Positions 42,313-53,221 of a DNA stretch of 64,000 nt are shown piece by piece; positions within the stretch are counted from its first letter, which is position 1; the number at the start of each line of letters is the position of its first letter. The stretch spans positions 352,001 to 416,000 of the forward strand of contig JASGJH010000001.1 in assembly GCA_047601445.1 (NCBI GenBank). The letters run 5' to 3'. Origin of the DNA: Myxococcales bacterium. Lineage in GTDB: Bacteria; Myxococcota_A; Polyangia; Polyangiales; DASUME01. The position numbers and the translations under genes are program-made. The notes under the pieces are model-generated. The model had not been told where the DNA came from. It saw only the letters and a program-made list of their open reading frames with translations, and made no database searches.

Positions 42313-43173
42313 TCAGTTCGCCAGGAGCGCGCCCTCGAGCACTCGGCGGACCTCGCCATCGGTTTCCGTGTGCAATAGGTTGTTGAGGGTATCCTGCGTC
42401 AGTGTCCCGAGCTTCGTCAGAGCGTTGGCGGCGGCGAGCCTCACCAGCGGGAGAAAATAGCTGGTGTCATCGCTCAGCACCGAGAGCAACCGAGGCGTTG
42501 CCAGCTCGGGAACCCGCTCCGTGATGGCCAAAATCGCCGCGATGCTGACCTCGGCGTCCACGTCCTGCACCACATCGAGCACGGGACCCGCACTGGCCGC
42601 GTCCACGCAGCGCGCTAGACCGTGTACGCAGGCTGCACGCGTGACCGGGCTGAAGTAGCCGTCGCGATTCTCCAGGACCTCACGCAGAGCGGCCAGGGCG
42701 CGCGGGGTGCCATGACGCGACAGGGATACGGCTGCGGCCGCCGCGACCTCTGCGCTCTCGTCGCGCAGTGCGCGATGGAGGAGCTCGGCCACGCCTTCCG
42801 CCTGCAACTCTGCGAGTCGGTTCGCGGTGTCGGCACGCACGTGCCAATTGGGATCGGCCATGGATGCCACCAAGGCTTCGAACGAGATCGTCGGTCGACT
42901 CGCGCTGGGCTCGTCGAGGACGGGGCCGTGGGTGGCAGCGGTGCCGTTCGGGGGCGTCGTGGGCGTCGCAGGGGCACGCTGCTGGCGCTCCAAGCGCGCG
43001 CGAGCCGTTTCGAGCAGCTCCTTCAATGCGGGGAAGCGCTGGGCCACCCGCTCGAGCGCCTGACTGCCCATGCGCTGCACGCGCGTCGGTACGGCCTTGC
43101 GCAAGACGCGCTCCACGAGTGGAGCCACACGGAGCCTGGTAATCGCAAGGAGACGTGTTCCCGCTGAGCGCAT
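42313..43173 (-). CDS. HEAT-repeat protein
   Basis: DPNWHVRADTANRL, DESAEVAAAAAVSL, VRLAAANAL repeats; start uncertain. Confidence 0.78.
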   Translation of the reverse strand: MRSAGTRLLAITRLRVAPLVERVLRKAVPTRVQRMGSQALERVAQRFPALKELLETARARLERQQRAPATPTTPPNGTAATHGPVLDEPSASRPTISFEALVASMADPNWHVRADTANRLAELQAEGVAELLHRALRDESAEVAAAAAVSLSRHGTPRALAALREVLENRDGYFSPVTRAACVHGLARCVDAASAGPVLDVVQDVDAEVSIAAILAITERVPELATPRLLSVLSDDTSYFLPLVRLAAANALTKLGTLTQDTLNNLLHTETDGEVRRVLEGALLAN

Positions 43174-43340
43174 GGATGCTGCCCTACCACGCAGGCCTGC
43201 CTTCAAACAGGGCGTGAAGCGGAAACTAGGCATGCTGGATGCGGGTTTTGCGCGCTCGAAATACAGCGGCTTCCGCGATGACATCCGCCCGTCGGCGCAG
43301 CCCGGAGACCTGACTCCAAGCGCGCCCGCGCTCTTCGCGC

Positions 43341-44009
43341 TCAGTATTCGACCCAGTTCTGCTCGACCGTACGTGCACCAGGCGTGGGGGTCAGGATGCT
43401 GTAGTGCGCGATGCGGCCCTCGGGGGCGGCGCCCACCGAGCCCACGTTGACCACGTGAACCCCATCGAGCGCGCGCTGAAAGGGCACATGGCTCGCGCCG
43501 CAGACGACCACGTCGGCAGGATCGTCGGAGACCAAGGCGAGCACCTCGTCGTCGTCCATGTCCTGGGTGATCTCCTGGAAGGGATCGTTCGGCGAGCCGT
43601 GCACCATGATGACCTCGCTGCCGTCGATCAGCGGCACGCGCAGGCTGAGCGGCAGACGGCGCAAGCTCTCCAGCACCAACTCTCCCACGGTCCGCCGCGT
43701 CCACAGGAAGGCCTCAAGCTTCTGTCGCTCGATGTCGTTCATGGGGACCAACTTGCTGGCATCCACGCTGCACAGGGCCGAGTCGCTGATGCCGCGCACG
43801 CAATGGGCCTTGATCTCGGTCAAGCGTCGCCATACCCCAAGTGGGTCGGGACCACCGTTGAGTAGGTCCCCAGCCACGTACACGCGCTTCACCCCGCGGC
43901 GCAGGTTTTCCTCGAGAACGGCGTCGAGCGCGTCCAGCCGCCCATGGATGTCGGAGATGAGCAGCATGGGCTCGGAGACGGGCGCACGTGAGGAGTCGAG
44001 GGAAGCCAC
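43341..44009 (-). CDS. Metallophosphoesterase-family protein with altered metal ligands
   Basis: ISDIHG, AGDLL, VHGSP, NVGSVG; GISD and GASH where GNHD and GHTH are usual. Confidence 0.85.
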   Translation of the reverse strand: MASLDSSRAPVSEPMLLISDIHGRLDALDAVLEENLRRGVKRVYVAGDLLNGGPDPLGVWRRLTEIKAHCVRGISDSALCSVDASKLVPMNDIERQKLEAFLWTRRTVGELVLESLRRLPLSLRVPLIDGSEVIMVHGSPNDPFQEITQDMDDDEVLALVSDDPADVVVCGASHVPFQRALDGVHVVNVGSVGAAPEGRIAHYSILTPTPGARTVEQNWVEY

Positions 44010-44096
44010 GTGCGGAATCTAGCTTCGTGGGCCGGCTTCGGCCAACGCGCGCGAACTTGAGAATCGCTCGCTTGGCCAGTTACGATCTGCAAGTCC

Positions 44097-44546
44097 ATGA
44101 GTAGTCCACGCATCAAGGGGCTTGCGCGTGTGCGGCGCGACGCCTTCGTTGCCAGTCATCCAGCTCGATTTCTCTCACGCGGCGCCGAGGAAGCACTGTT
44201 CCGTTCGGCCGAGGTCCTCAGCGAAGGCTCACAGCGGGTCCTCGCTGGCGGCGAGCAGCGCTACTTCGGCAGCACGATGATCACTTTCGATCTCGCGCGT
44301 TTAGCGGAGCACTGGCGCGGATCGTTCGAGGCCGACGAAGTCGCGCGTCTGGTGGAGGGGTCGGTGCGTATGCGCCTGCGAGCCACGCGGATGGCTTGCG
44401 CCGAGGTCGCGCGCAGGGTAACCGAGCGCCCCCTCGGATCGGCGATCGTGGAGACCAGAGTACGCGTGGCCGGAAACACCTTGCAGATGGACGTCGACCT
44501 CGAGGTGGGCGTCGGCGTATGCTCGCCGGCGCGGAGGGCGCCTTGA
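44097..44546 (+). CDS. Hypothetical protein, translationally coupled to the MerR-TPR gene
   Basis: 149-aa ORF; its TGA overlaps the downstream TTG; contains a TTA codon. Confidence 0.7.
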   Translation: MSSPRIKGLARVRRDAFVASHPARFLSRGAEEALFRSAEVLSEGSQRVLAGGEQRYFGSTMITFDLARLAEHWRGSFEADEVARLVEGSVRMRLRATRMACAEVARRVTERPLGSAIVETRVRVAGNTLQMDVDLEVGVGVCSPARRAP

Positions 44547-45541
44547 GCGGCGGTGACAACGTCATCCACGTTGCTTTTGGTCAAGGAGGCGGGCGAATCC
44601 AGGTTGTGCCTGGGTTGGGAGCCGGGCCGGAACCAGCGCGCGCTTCGGAAGAACGCGAAGACCCCTTGGCCGACCTCTATTCGGCCGGTGACGTGGCCCG
44701 CCTGTTCGCGGTCACTGCCAGCCGTCTGCGCTACTGGGATCGTACAGGCTTTCTCACACCTTCCGGGCGGCGCGGCCGCCGGCGCTACTACACCTTTCAG
44801 GACCTGATCGGCCTCAGGGCGGCCAAAGCCTTGCTCGACGCGGGCCTGCCCCTGCAGCGCGTGCGCAAGAGCGTGGAGTCCCTGCGCGGCCTCTTGCCCA
44901 AGGTGACACGGCCGCTCAACGAGCTGCGGGTACTCGCCGATGGCCAGAGCGTCCTGGTGCGCGATGCCCAGGGGCAATTCGATGCCCGCACCGGACAGGG
45001 ACTGCTCGACTTCGACGTGAGCGAGCTGCGCGACGACGTGGTTCGGGTGCTGCAGCGGCACGGCGAGTTGGCGGAAGACAAGCGTAGCGCCTACGAGCTG
45101 TACCTGGAGGGTTGTCGTCTGGACGAGGACGAAGCGACCTTCGAGCGCGCCGAGGAGATGTACCGCAAGGCACTCGAGCTCGATCCTGGGCTCGCGAACG
45201 CCCTGACCAACCTGGGCAATGTGCGCTTCCGTCGTGGTTACCCCGAGGAAGCCGAGCAGCACTATCGAAAAGCGCTCGCCATCGACGCCGATCAGCCCGA
45301 GGCCTACTACAACCTTGGCTTCCTGTACTACGAGCGGGGTGACGCCGAAGCCGCGGTGCCTTGCTTCCAGCGGGCCGTCGAGACCGACCCCGCATTTGCA
45401 GACGCGCACTTCAACTTGGCGATGGCGCTCGAAGACGTGGGCAAGCACATTCCCGCCAAGAAGCACTGGCAGATCTACCTGCAGATCGAGCCGCAAGGTG
45501 CGTGGGCCGAGGTGGCGCGCCGCCACCTGCGTAAGCCCTGA
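44543..45541 (+). CDS. MerR-type HTH + TPR protein
   Basis: YSAGDVARLF..LRYWDRTGFLTPS..RRYYTFQDL; TPRs ALTNLG, AYYNLG, AHFNLA. Confidence 0.88.
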   Translation: MSGGDNVIHVAFGQGGGRIQVVPGLGAGPEPARASEEREDPLADLYSAGDVARLFAVTASRLRYWDRTGFLTPSGRRGRRRYYTFQDLIGLRAAKALLDAGLPLQRVRKSVESLRGLLPKVTRPLNELRVLADGQSVLVRDAQGQFDARTGQGLLDFDVSELRDDVVRVLQRHGELAEDKRSAYELYLEGCRLDEDEATFERAEEMYRKALELDPGLANALTNLGNVRFRRGYPEEAEQHYRKALAIDADQPEAYYNLGFLYYERGDAEAAVPCFQRAVETDPAFADAHFNLAMALEDVGKHIPAKKHWQIYLQIEPQGAWAEVARRHLRKP

Positions 45542-45704
45542 AGGACCCCGCGCCGCACGGAGACGCGGTTGCCTGCAGTGCGCCAGGCGTGGGTGCGCTT
45601 CGGGCATGACGCACGGACCTGTGCCTTCGAGCCTGCATGAGCGCGCATCCGGGACCGGCTTCGCTGCGACTAGCGCAAAGCCGGGACCCAGGGGGTAGCG
45701 TGAC

Positions 45705-48700
45705 CTAGCCGCGGCGGGGGGGCGGCGGCATGCTCGGGCTCGGCCGAGCGGGAGGCGCGCTGCGTCCACCCGGCGGGGGCGGCACGCTGCGGCCGCTCGG
45801 GGGTGGCGGAGCGGGGGGCGGCACGCTCCGGCTACGCGCTGCGTTGGGTGGTGGTGGCGGCACGCGCGTGGGAGCGCGGGGCGGCGGTCGCGAGGCGCTC
45901 AGGTCGACCAACGAGCTAAGCGCGTCGAGGTCTGCGGGCGCTGGCACCACGACCTCCTCGGCGGACTCGAGCTCCATCGTGGCGTCCTCGAGTTCGACCT
46001 CTGCGTCTTCCTCTGCCTCCTCGCTCGTGCGCGCATCGAAGGATGCGAGCTCGAGGAGGAGCGCCGACGGTGCGGCCGCAGCGGCCCGCAGCGGGGCTTG
46101 AACCATGTCCCAGGGCGAGGGGGCGGCGAGTTCGTGGGGAGTCGACTCGATCGACGTCGGGCGGGAAGCGCGCTCCTCCCGGTCGGCGTCCGCTTCCTCC
46201 AGCTCCTGCACGATCGTCGCGTCGGTCAGGTCGGACGCTTCGGCGGCGATCAGCACTTCGTCCGCGGCGGGCGCTTCCTCCTCGGGCACGGCGGCCTCTG
46301 GAGCGTCGTCGCTGATGTCGTCGCTAACATCGTCGTCAACGGCGTCGTCTACTTCGGGGCTGGCAGCCGCAGCGTCCGCGTGCTCTGCGGGCGCGGCGGC
46401 GACTGGCTCCGCGGGCTCCTGCGCGTCTGCGTTCGGCTGCGCTTCCGTCGAAGATTCCACCTGGTCCCCGGGCGCATCGAACGCGGCCGCTGCTTCGGCC
46501 ATCAGGGACTCGGTCCTCGCGTGGGCGGCGGGCTCACCATCCTCGAAGCTCATGGCGCTCGGCGTCACGCTGGAGCCGGGCTCCGGCGAAGATTCCGAGC
46601 CCAATGCCGGCGGCGGCATCGAGGGATGCAGATCCTCGGGCAACACCACCACGTTGCTCTCGAGCAGGCTGGCCTCGTCGATGCTTGGACGTGCGTCGAG
46701 GCGCTCGATGGCGCTCGTCGCTTCCGCATCCTCGGGTGACAGCGCCAGCACCTTCTTCCAGGCGTCTCGCGCCTCGAAGCGATTTCGCAGGCCGAGTTCC
46801 CAGGCCGTGGCGGCCTCGCGCAAAAGCGCGAGGCGCTCCTCCGGCTCGGTGACCAAAAGCAGGTGCCGGTCGATGGCCGAGAGCAGCTCCTGGTGACGTC
46901 CGGCAGCGCCCAAGCAAGCGCGCAGGCGCTCCGAGGCGAACACGTCGCGCGGCCTCAGGGTCACCAGTTGTTTGTAGGCCTCGGCCGCCCGCTGCGGGGA
47001 CTCCAGGGGTCCCTCGAGGAGCACGCCCAAGCGCCGCAAGATGGCGCTGGCGGTGGCCGAATCGATCGCGTCATCAGCGATTTGCTGTAGGTGCGCGGCG
47101 AGCGCCGGCAGCTTATTCGCGCGCAATGCGACCTGCTCCAGCGCGTCGAGCACGCCTTCCGCGTTGGGCGCGAGTGCGGAGGCGCGTTCGAGGGTGCGGA
47201 ACGCGGCTTCGATGTCGTCGAGGGAGCCGTCCAAGATCTTGGCAGCGCGCAGCGAGAGGAGGGCCACCACCTTGTCGTCGCGCCGCATCTCTTCGACGCG
47301 CGTGCGGTAGGCCTCAGCCACCGCGAAGGTCAGGCCTCGCCCATCGAGCGGCGTCTCGGCATGGTCCAAACTGCTGGCCCGCGCCTCGATACGATCGAGC
47401 AAGCTCGCATCCTGGCCTGCCATGGTGACTGCTCGCACCAAGTAGCCAATGGCCTTGGGCGGCTCTTCCATCACCTGTTGCGCGATCGAGCAGGCCTCGA
47501 GTAGGGCGTCGAGCTTCTCGGCCCCGGAGGCGCCGGAAGCCGCGCGCTTCTCGTGCAGGGCGAGCAGCGCGTCGCCACGTCCGGCGAGCGCAGCAAGGCG
47601 GCGTGCTTCGGCGTAGGTTTCCGCCGCGCTCGGGTCGAGTTGGAAAGCCAGCGAGACCCGCTCGAACGCGCCGTTCTCGTCGGCCGCGTTGTTCTCCAGC
47701 AAGGCAGCGTGACGCATCAGGATGCGCACGCGACCTTCGACGGTCTCGGCGCGTCGCACGAGCGCGTCGTAAACCTGATGCAAGCGCGCCCAGGCCGCGG
47801 CGAGCTGAGTCAGGCGTTCGGCTTCGTCCAACAGGGTGGGGTTGTCGAGATCCTTCGCGAAGGCACGCAGGGTCGCTTCGAGCGCCTTGTCATAAGACCC
47901 GAGCATCACCTCATAGGTCTCGGACGCGTCCATCCAGCGCTGCTTCTCGCGCTTGGGATCGGACGCGCGCTGCGCCAGCCCCACGTACAGCTCGGCGAGC
48001 TGCTCTCCACGTTGGGAGAGCTCGGCCAGCTCACGCAGCTGCACTTCTGCAGCTTCATCATTGGCCTCGGTCACGCGCGGCAAGAGGCGGTTCCAGGCGC
48101 CCTGATAGTCCGTGAGCTCGACGGCCACGCGCGCTGCGCGCAGCGTGAAGTCGCTGATCTCGTCGTCGGCCATGGCCAGCGAGGTCAGCTTGTCGAAGGC
48201 CGTCAGTAGCTCGCGTCGGCGTTCGAGCTTGGTGAGCAGCGGGATGCTGCGCAGGTAGGGCTTGGGGGCGGACGCGTCGAGGCGGGCCCAGCTGGCGAGC
48301 ACGCGCAGTGCCGACTCCGGATCCCCGAGCTCCTCGTAGCTATCGGCGAGGCCCAAGGCGAGCTCTGCCCGCGCGTCCGCCGTGTCCAAGAGCGGCAAGA
48401 GCCGCTCCTGCGTCTTGGCGGCGCGCACGCGATCGCCGGTCTCACTCGAAAGGGCGATCAGTCGCCGCAGCACGGCGAGATCCTTGGGGGCAATCTGGTC
48501 GAGCACACGCTCGAACTCGAGCTTCGCCGCTTCCTTGTCTTCGAGGCGACCTGCCAGGAGCTCCGCGCGCTCTACGCGCAGGTGGCGGGCCTGCTCGGGG
48601 CTCGCCGTGGCAGCCAGCTGATCCAGCCGCTCCGCCAGATCGCGATAGCGCTCTCCTCGCCGCAGCAGGTCCACCACGATGGCGAGCACGCCGGCGTCTT

Positions 48701-51700
48701 GGTTGTGCTCGAGGAAGGCCTCGTAAGCTTCGAGGGCACCCTCGTGATCGCTCGCCTTGGAACGCAGCTCCGCGACCTCGCGCGTGAGCGGCCCATGGAC
48801 GGCGCGGTTTTCGGGCGCTTTCGACGCGTCCCACAGCAGCTCGCTGAAGTCGCCTTCGCGCTGAGCGTCGCGGTAGAGCTCCTGCACGCGCGGCCAGAGT
48901 GCTCGGTTTGCCGGGTCCACCTCGAAGGCGCGCCGCGCCGAATCCAGGGCGCGCGGGATGTCGTGCAGGTGCTCCAGCGCCAGCTCCGCGATGCGCAGCA
49001 GGGCGTCGGGCAGCGCGGCCTTGGACGTTGCGGCCAGACGCGTCTCGAGGGTTCCGAGCAAGCGGTCGAAGCGCTGGCAGCGGGTATCGATGCGCTCGAG
49101 ACGATCGAGTGCCCCCGTATCGAGGGGCCTGAGCGCGAGCAGCATCTCGCTGGTCTCGTAGGCGCGCTCGAGAATCACTCAACTTGTCTTCGTAGAGCTC
49201 CGACAGGGTGGTCAAGAGCGCGCTGCGCGTCTCGTGCTCGTCGGTGCGGACCAGCTGCGCCTCGAGGGCCTTGGCCGCCTCGGCGAGCTGATTGGTCTGC
49301 AGGTAGAGCTGCCCGAGGATCACGTCGTCCGCGGGGATCGGCTGAAGGGACTGAGCTTCGCGATAGGTCTCGATGGCACGCTCGGGGGCCTCGAGCTTCT
49401 CGCGGTGCAGGGCGCCCAGCTCGCGCAGCAAGGCGGAGCGCTGCCCGGCGTCGCCGGTCAGTGCGACGCGCGCCTGCAGCAGTTCGCTCAAATCGTCCCA
49501 ACGCGCCGTGCGCGTGTAGCCGGCGCGCAGCTTGGTGACCGTCGCTTCGTCGGACGGTTCGAGCGCCAAGACGGCCTGCAGGGCGCTGAAGGCGCCGGGC
49601 GGATCGCCGAGTTTCTCCTCGCTCAGCGTGGCGGCTTCTCGCAGGTACTGCAGACGCAGCTCGCTCGTGAGACTCGGCTCATTGCCGAGCTTTGCGGTCA
49701 GGTCGCGCAAACGTCGGTAATCCCGGGCCGCACGCAGGTGATCCTGGAGCGCCTTGAGTGCGTCGGGATCCGTGGGCTCGCGCGTGAGGATGGCCTCGGC
49801 GATCTCGGCTGCACCGCGTCGATCCTTGAACTTGAGGCGACGCTCGAGTTCGTTGCGCAGCTTGGTGAGCTCGTCCAGAGGCGCTTGCGGAATCGCCGTG
49901 GGGGGCTCGGACACGGACGCGCGTTCGGCACCGGGGTTGGCCGACGGACGCTCCGAGCGCGCCGCTGGGCGCTCCGACCGCGGGGACGGACGCTCCGAGC
50001 GAGCTGCCGGTGGGCGCTCCGAATGGGGCATGCGGATCGGCACGTGTGGCGTGCGCTCCAGTACCTCGGATTCGGGGCCGTCTGCGCGCGCGGCCGCGGG
50101 GATGTCCACGAACGTGCGCGGCTGCGTAACCTCGCCACCGATTTCGGTCTCACCGTTGTCTCGGTCGTCGTCGTCCGGCAGCGCGTCCAGGGCCGCTTGC
50201 ACCGCCAGGCGCGCCGAGGCCTTCGCGTCTTCCGCCGCCGTCACGCTGCGCTCGCTGCTAGCAGGCGAGCTCGCCTCGACTTGCTGCGCGGCCACCGGGG
50301 GCTCTTCGTCGATGTCGCCTTCGCCGATCTCCTCGTCGTCGTCGGCTTCCTCGCCCAGCTCATGCTCGTCGAGCTCTTCGGCGACTTCATCTTCGGCGAC
50401 TTCGTCGGCTTCCTCGTCTTCGTCTTCGTCTTCGTCGAGCTGGTGGGCCGCGGCTTCCTCTTCGTCGCCCTCGAGCTCAGCGGCCAGCGGCGAGATCTCC
50501 TCTGGGGTCCGCACCGCTGCGTTCGCCGCGCCGCCCGTCAACTCGACGCGCGCAGCCAAGGATTCATCTGGATGCGCTTCGACGGTCTCGAGCTTGGCCA
50601 GATCATCCAGCGAGGTGGTGATGGTCGTGGGCTCGGGCTCGTCGCTCGCGGCGACCGGCGCCGGTTCTTCGACGATGGTCGCGTCGGACCGCGCGAGCAG
50701 CGCCAAATCGTCGATGACCGAACCCGCGATCGCCTTCTTCGCCGACTGCTTGACCGGCTGGGTGGCCTCGGCCTCGGCTTTTGCCTTCGGCCGCTTGTCA
50801 CGCGCAGGCCCCTGCGTGATGGGGCCAGTGTCGTCTTCACGCTTGACGACAGCAGGATCGAGCAAGGTGACTTCTTCCTTGTCGTCCTCTGTAGCCGCCG
50901 ACGCAGGCGCAAAGGGCGGCGCAGGCGGGGCAATGGAACGCGTGGGCTGCTGTGCCTTGCCCAGGATGGCCTGAGCTTCAGCGTCGTTCTTCTCGAGGAG
51001 GGGCGCCAAGCAGGCCTTGGCGTCCGCGTCTTGGCCCGCCTTCTTGTAGGCGCGCGCCAACTTCAGCCGCAGCTCGCGCGTCTCCGGCGCGTTGGGAGCA
51101 GCCTGAATCGCCGCCACCCAGCGGGCAGCGCAGACTTCCTTGCGTCCGATGCGCGGCGCCACCGTATCGAGTAGCGCCAGGCTGCGTGCGTGCTCGGGGA
51201 CCGCGTCCAGCGCGGCTTCCAGATACGCCAACGCGTAATCGTCCGACACGGCTTGAGCCATCGCACAAAGCACGTCCGCGGCCTCGCGGCGCTGTTGCCC
51301 CGCGCGCTTGGGGTCGCCCTCGGCGTCGGCCAGGTCCAGCAACACCGTGGCCAACTGGTGGCGCACGTGCAGATCGTTCGGTGCCAGCTCGGACGCCTCG
51401 CGCAGGGCTTCGAGGGCCGCACGGCGCTCGTTGAGCCGCTCGCTATAAACTGACGCCAGCTCGGCCAGCAAGGCCACGCGCTTCTGGCCCTTGGGCAACG
51501 AGTCGGCCTCGCGCGAGAGCAGCTTGGCGACCTGATCCCAGCGTCCGGCCTCGGTGTAGATCGCACGGGCTGCCGTCATGGCAGCGCGCTGCGCGGCGTC
51601 GAAGTCGATGGCCGCGCGGTAGTGCGCCAACGCGCGATCGGAGCGGCGCAGTTCGTCGCGCCACAGGTTGCCTAAGCGAAAGTGAAGCTCCCCAATCTCG

Positions 51701-51870
51701 GCCGGATCTTCTTCGGCTTCCGTGAGCGCGCGGGTATGCAACTCCAGGGCCTCGGCCCAGGTGGCAAAGTCGGCCCGGTCATCGCAATACTCGCGCACCG
51801 CCTCCAAGGCGTCCGTGTCGAGCGGGCTTTGGCGCAGTCGCGCCATTAAATTGGTAGCCGTTGCGTCCAT
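45705..51870 (-). CDS. Giant TPR/helical-repeat protein with acidic and Pro-rich tracts, about 2054 aa, one extra base near 49174
   Basis: ORFs 48442-51870 and 45705-49178 join as ..EDKLSD|LERAYET when one base is removed; repeated helical units. Confidence 0.82.
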
Positions 51871-52059
51871 CGAGAGGCGCGCACGTTACCACCCGAACCT
51901 ACCTTCTGAGAACAGCTAAAAAGGAACGGCTCGAACAACGAAAAAACGAGCGATCTCGCGGTCATGCGAAGTGTGCACGCTCACGAAACCCCTGTCTCGC
52001 GAAGACGGGGCGGGCGTGAACGTCGAGCCAGACGGCGCCCGTTGGGGCCCCTCAGGAGC

Positions 52060-52539
52060 TCACTCGCGCAGCTGACCTGTAGGACTCGGTTCCGAGTGGA
52101 ACGTGTGTCCCTCGATGGGCTTACGCCCCCGGAAGCCGGCCGAGTTGGTGTGGAAGTATCGAATCTCGCTCTCGCCCAGGCGCCAGCACAGAAGGACCTC
52201 GGTGCGACCGTCGAGCAGCGAGGGGAAGTCGAGCAACCCCATGCTGAGGTCCTTGACCTCCACACCGAGACCCTCGAGTACCTTCAGTTCCTGAGACAGC
52301 GTCTCGTAAAGGGACGCCGCGAGGACCCGAGTCTTCTCGGCATCGGGTGCCTGCCACGCGGCCACCACGGGATCCGCCAACCACGGCGTGCCGGGCGGGG
52401 TAGGGGTCTTGCCGCCATCTGCATTCGAGCGCAGGTGGGCACTGAGCTGCATCATGCGCTCGACGCGCGGGCGAAGCCGCGGAATCAGCGCGTTTGCCTG
52501 CGTGAGCGTGAAGTATCGCTTGCGCACGAGGGTCGGCAT
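52060..52539 (-). CDS. DUF2203-family protein
   Basis: YFTLTQANALIP, GVEVKDLSMGLLDFP, LCWRLGE..YFH..GFRGRKPI. Confidence 0.85.
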   Translation of the reverse strand: MPTLVRKRYFTLTQANALIPRLRPRVERMMQLSAHLRSNADGGKTPTPPGTPWLADPVVAAWQAPDAEKTRVLAASLYETLSQELKVLEGLGVEVKDLSMGLLDFPSLLDGRTEVLLCWRLGESEIRYFHTNSAGFRGRKPIEGHTFHSEPSPTGQLRE

Positions 52540-52630
52540 ACCCGCTCTGCGCGCAAAGGGCAATGATTTGCGCGCGACACGGGGCCCGGGAGGCTGCCAG
52601 AGCCGTGCATCGGCGCTACCTTTTTTCGAG

Positions 52631-53212
52631 ATGACCGAGCCCGACCCGATCGTCCGCTTCAACGAGAGCTTCGCGCGCGCCGCCCAGAGCGAGCCCTTCG
52701 CTGCCGAACGCGTGGCCCTGGCCACCGCCGACGCAGCAGGGCACCCATCGGTGCGCTTCGTCTTGCTGAAAGGCGCCGACCCGCGTGGCTTCGTGTTCTT
52801 CACCAACTTCGAAAGCCGCAAGGGGCGCGAGCTGCGCGACAACCCCCGAGCCGCACTGGCCTTTCACTGGTCGACGACGGGAGAGCAGGTGCGCGTGGAG
52901 GGCCGGGTGGAGCGCGTCGCCGCCGAGGAAGCGGATGCTTACTTCGCCTCACGCCCGCGCGGCAGCCAGCTCGGTGCTTGGGCAAGCCGGCAGAGCCAGC
53001 CCATCGGGTCACGCGAGGAGCTCGAGCGGCGGGTGGCAGCGCTGGACCAGCAGTACGCGGGGCGCGCCGTGCCGCGGCCGGAGTTTTGGGGTGGTTTTCG
53101 CGTCGTTCCCTCGGAGATCGAGTTCTGGCACGATCGAAGCGATCGACTTCACGATCGCGCGCTCTACAGGCGCACGCCGAGCGGCTGGGCGCTCACTCGT
53201 CTGTCTCCCTGA
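52631..53212 (+). CDS. pdxH: Pyridoxine/pyridoxamine 5'-phosphate oxidase
   Basis: RFVLLK, FFTNFESRKG, QVRVEG, YFASRPRGSQ, EFW..RLHDR..RLSP. Confidence 0.95.
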   Translation: MTEPDPIVRFNESFARAAQSEPFAAERVALATADAAGHPSVRFVLLKGADPRGFVFFTNFESRKGRELRDNPRAALAFHWSTTGEQVRVEGRVERVAAEEADAYFASRPRGSQLGAWASRQSQPIGSREELERRVAALDQQYAGRAVPRPEFWGGFRVVPSEIEFWHDRSDRLHDRALYRRTPSGWALTRLSP

Positions 53213-53221
53213 ACAACACGT

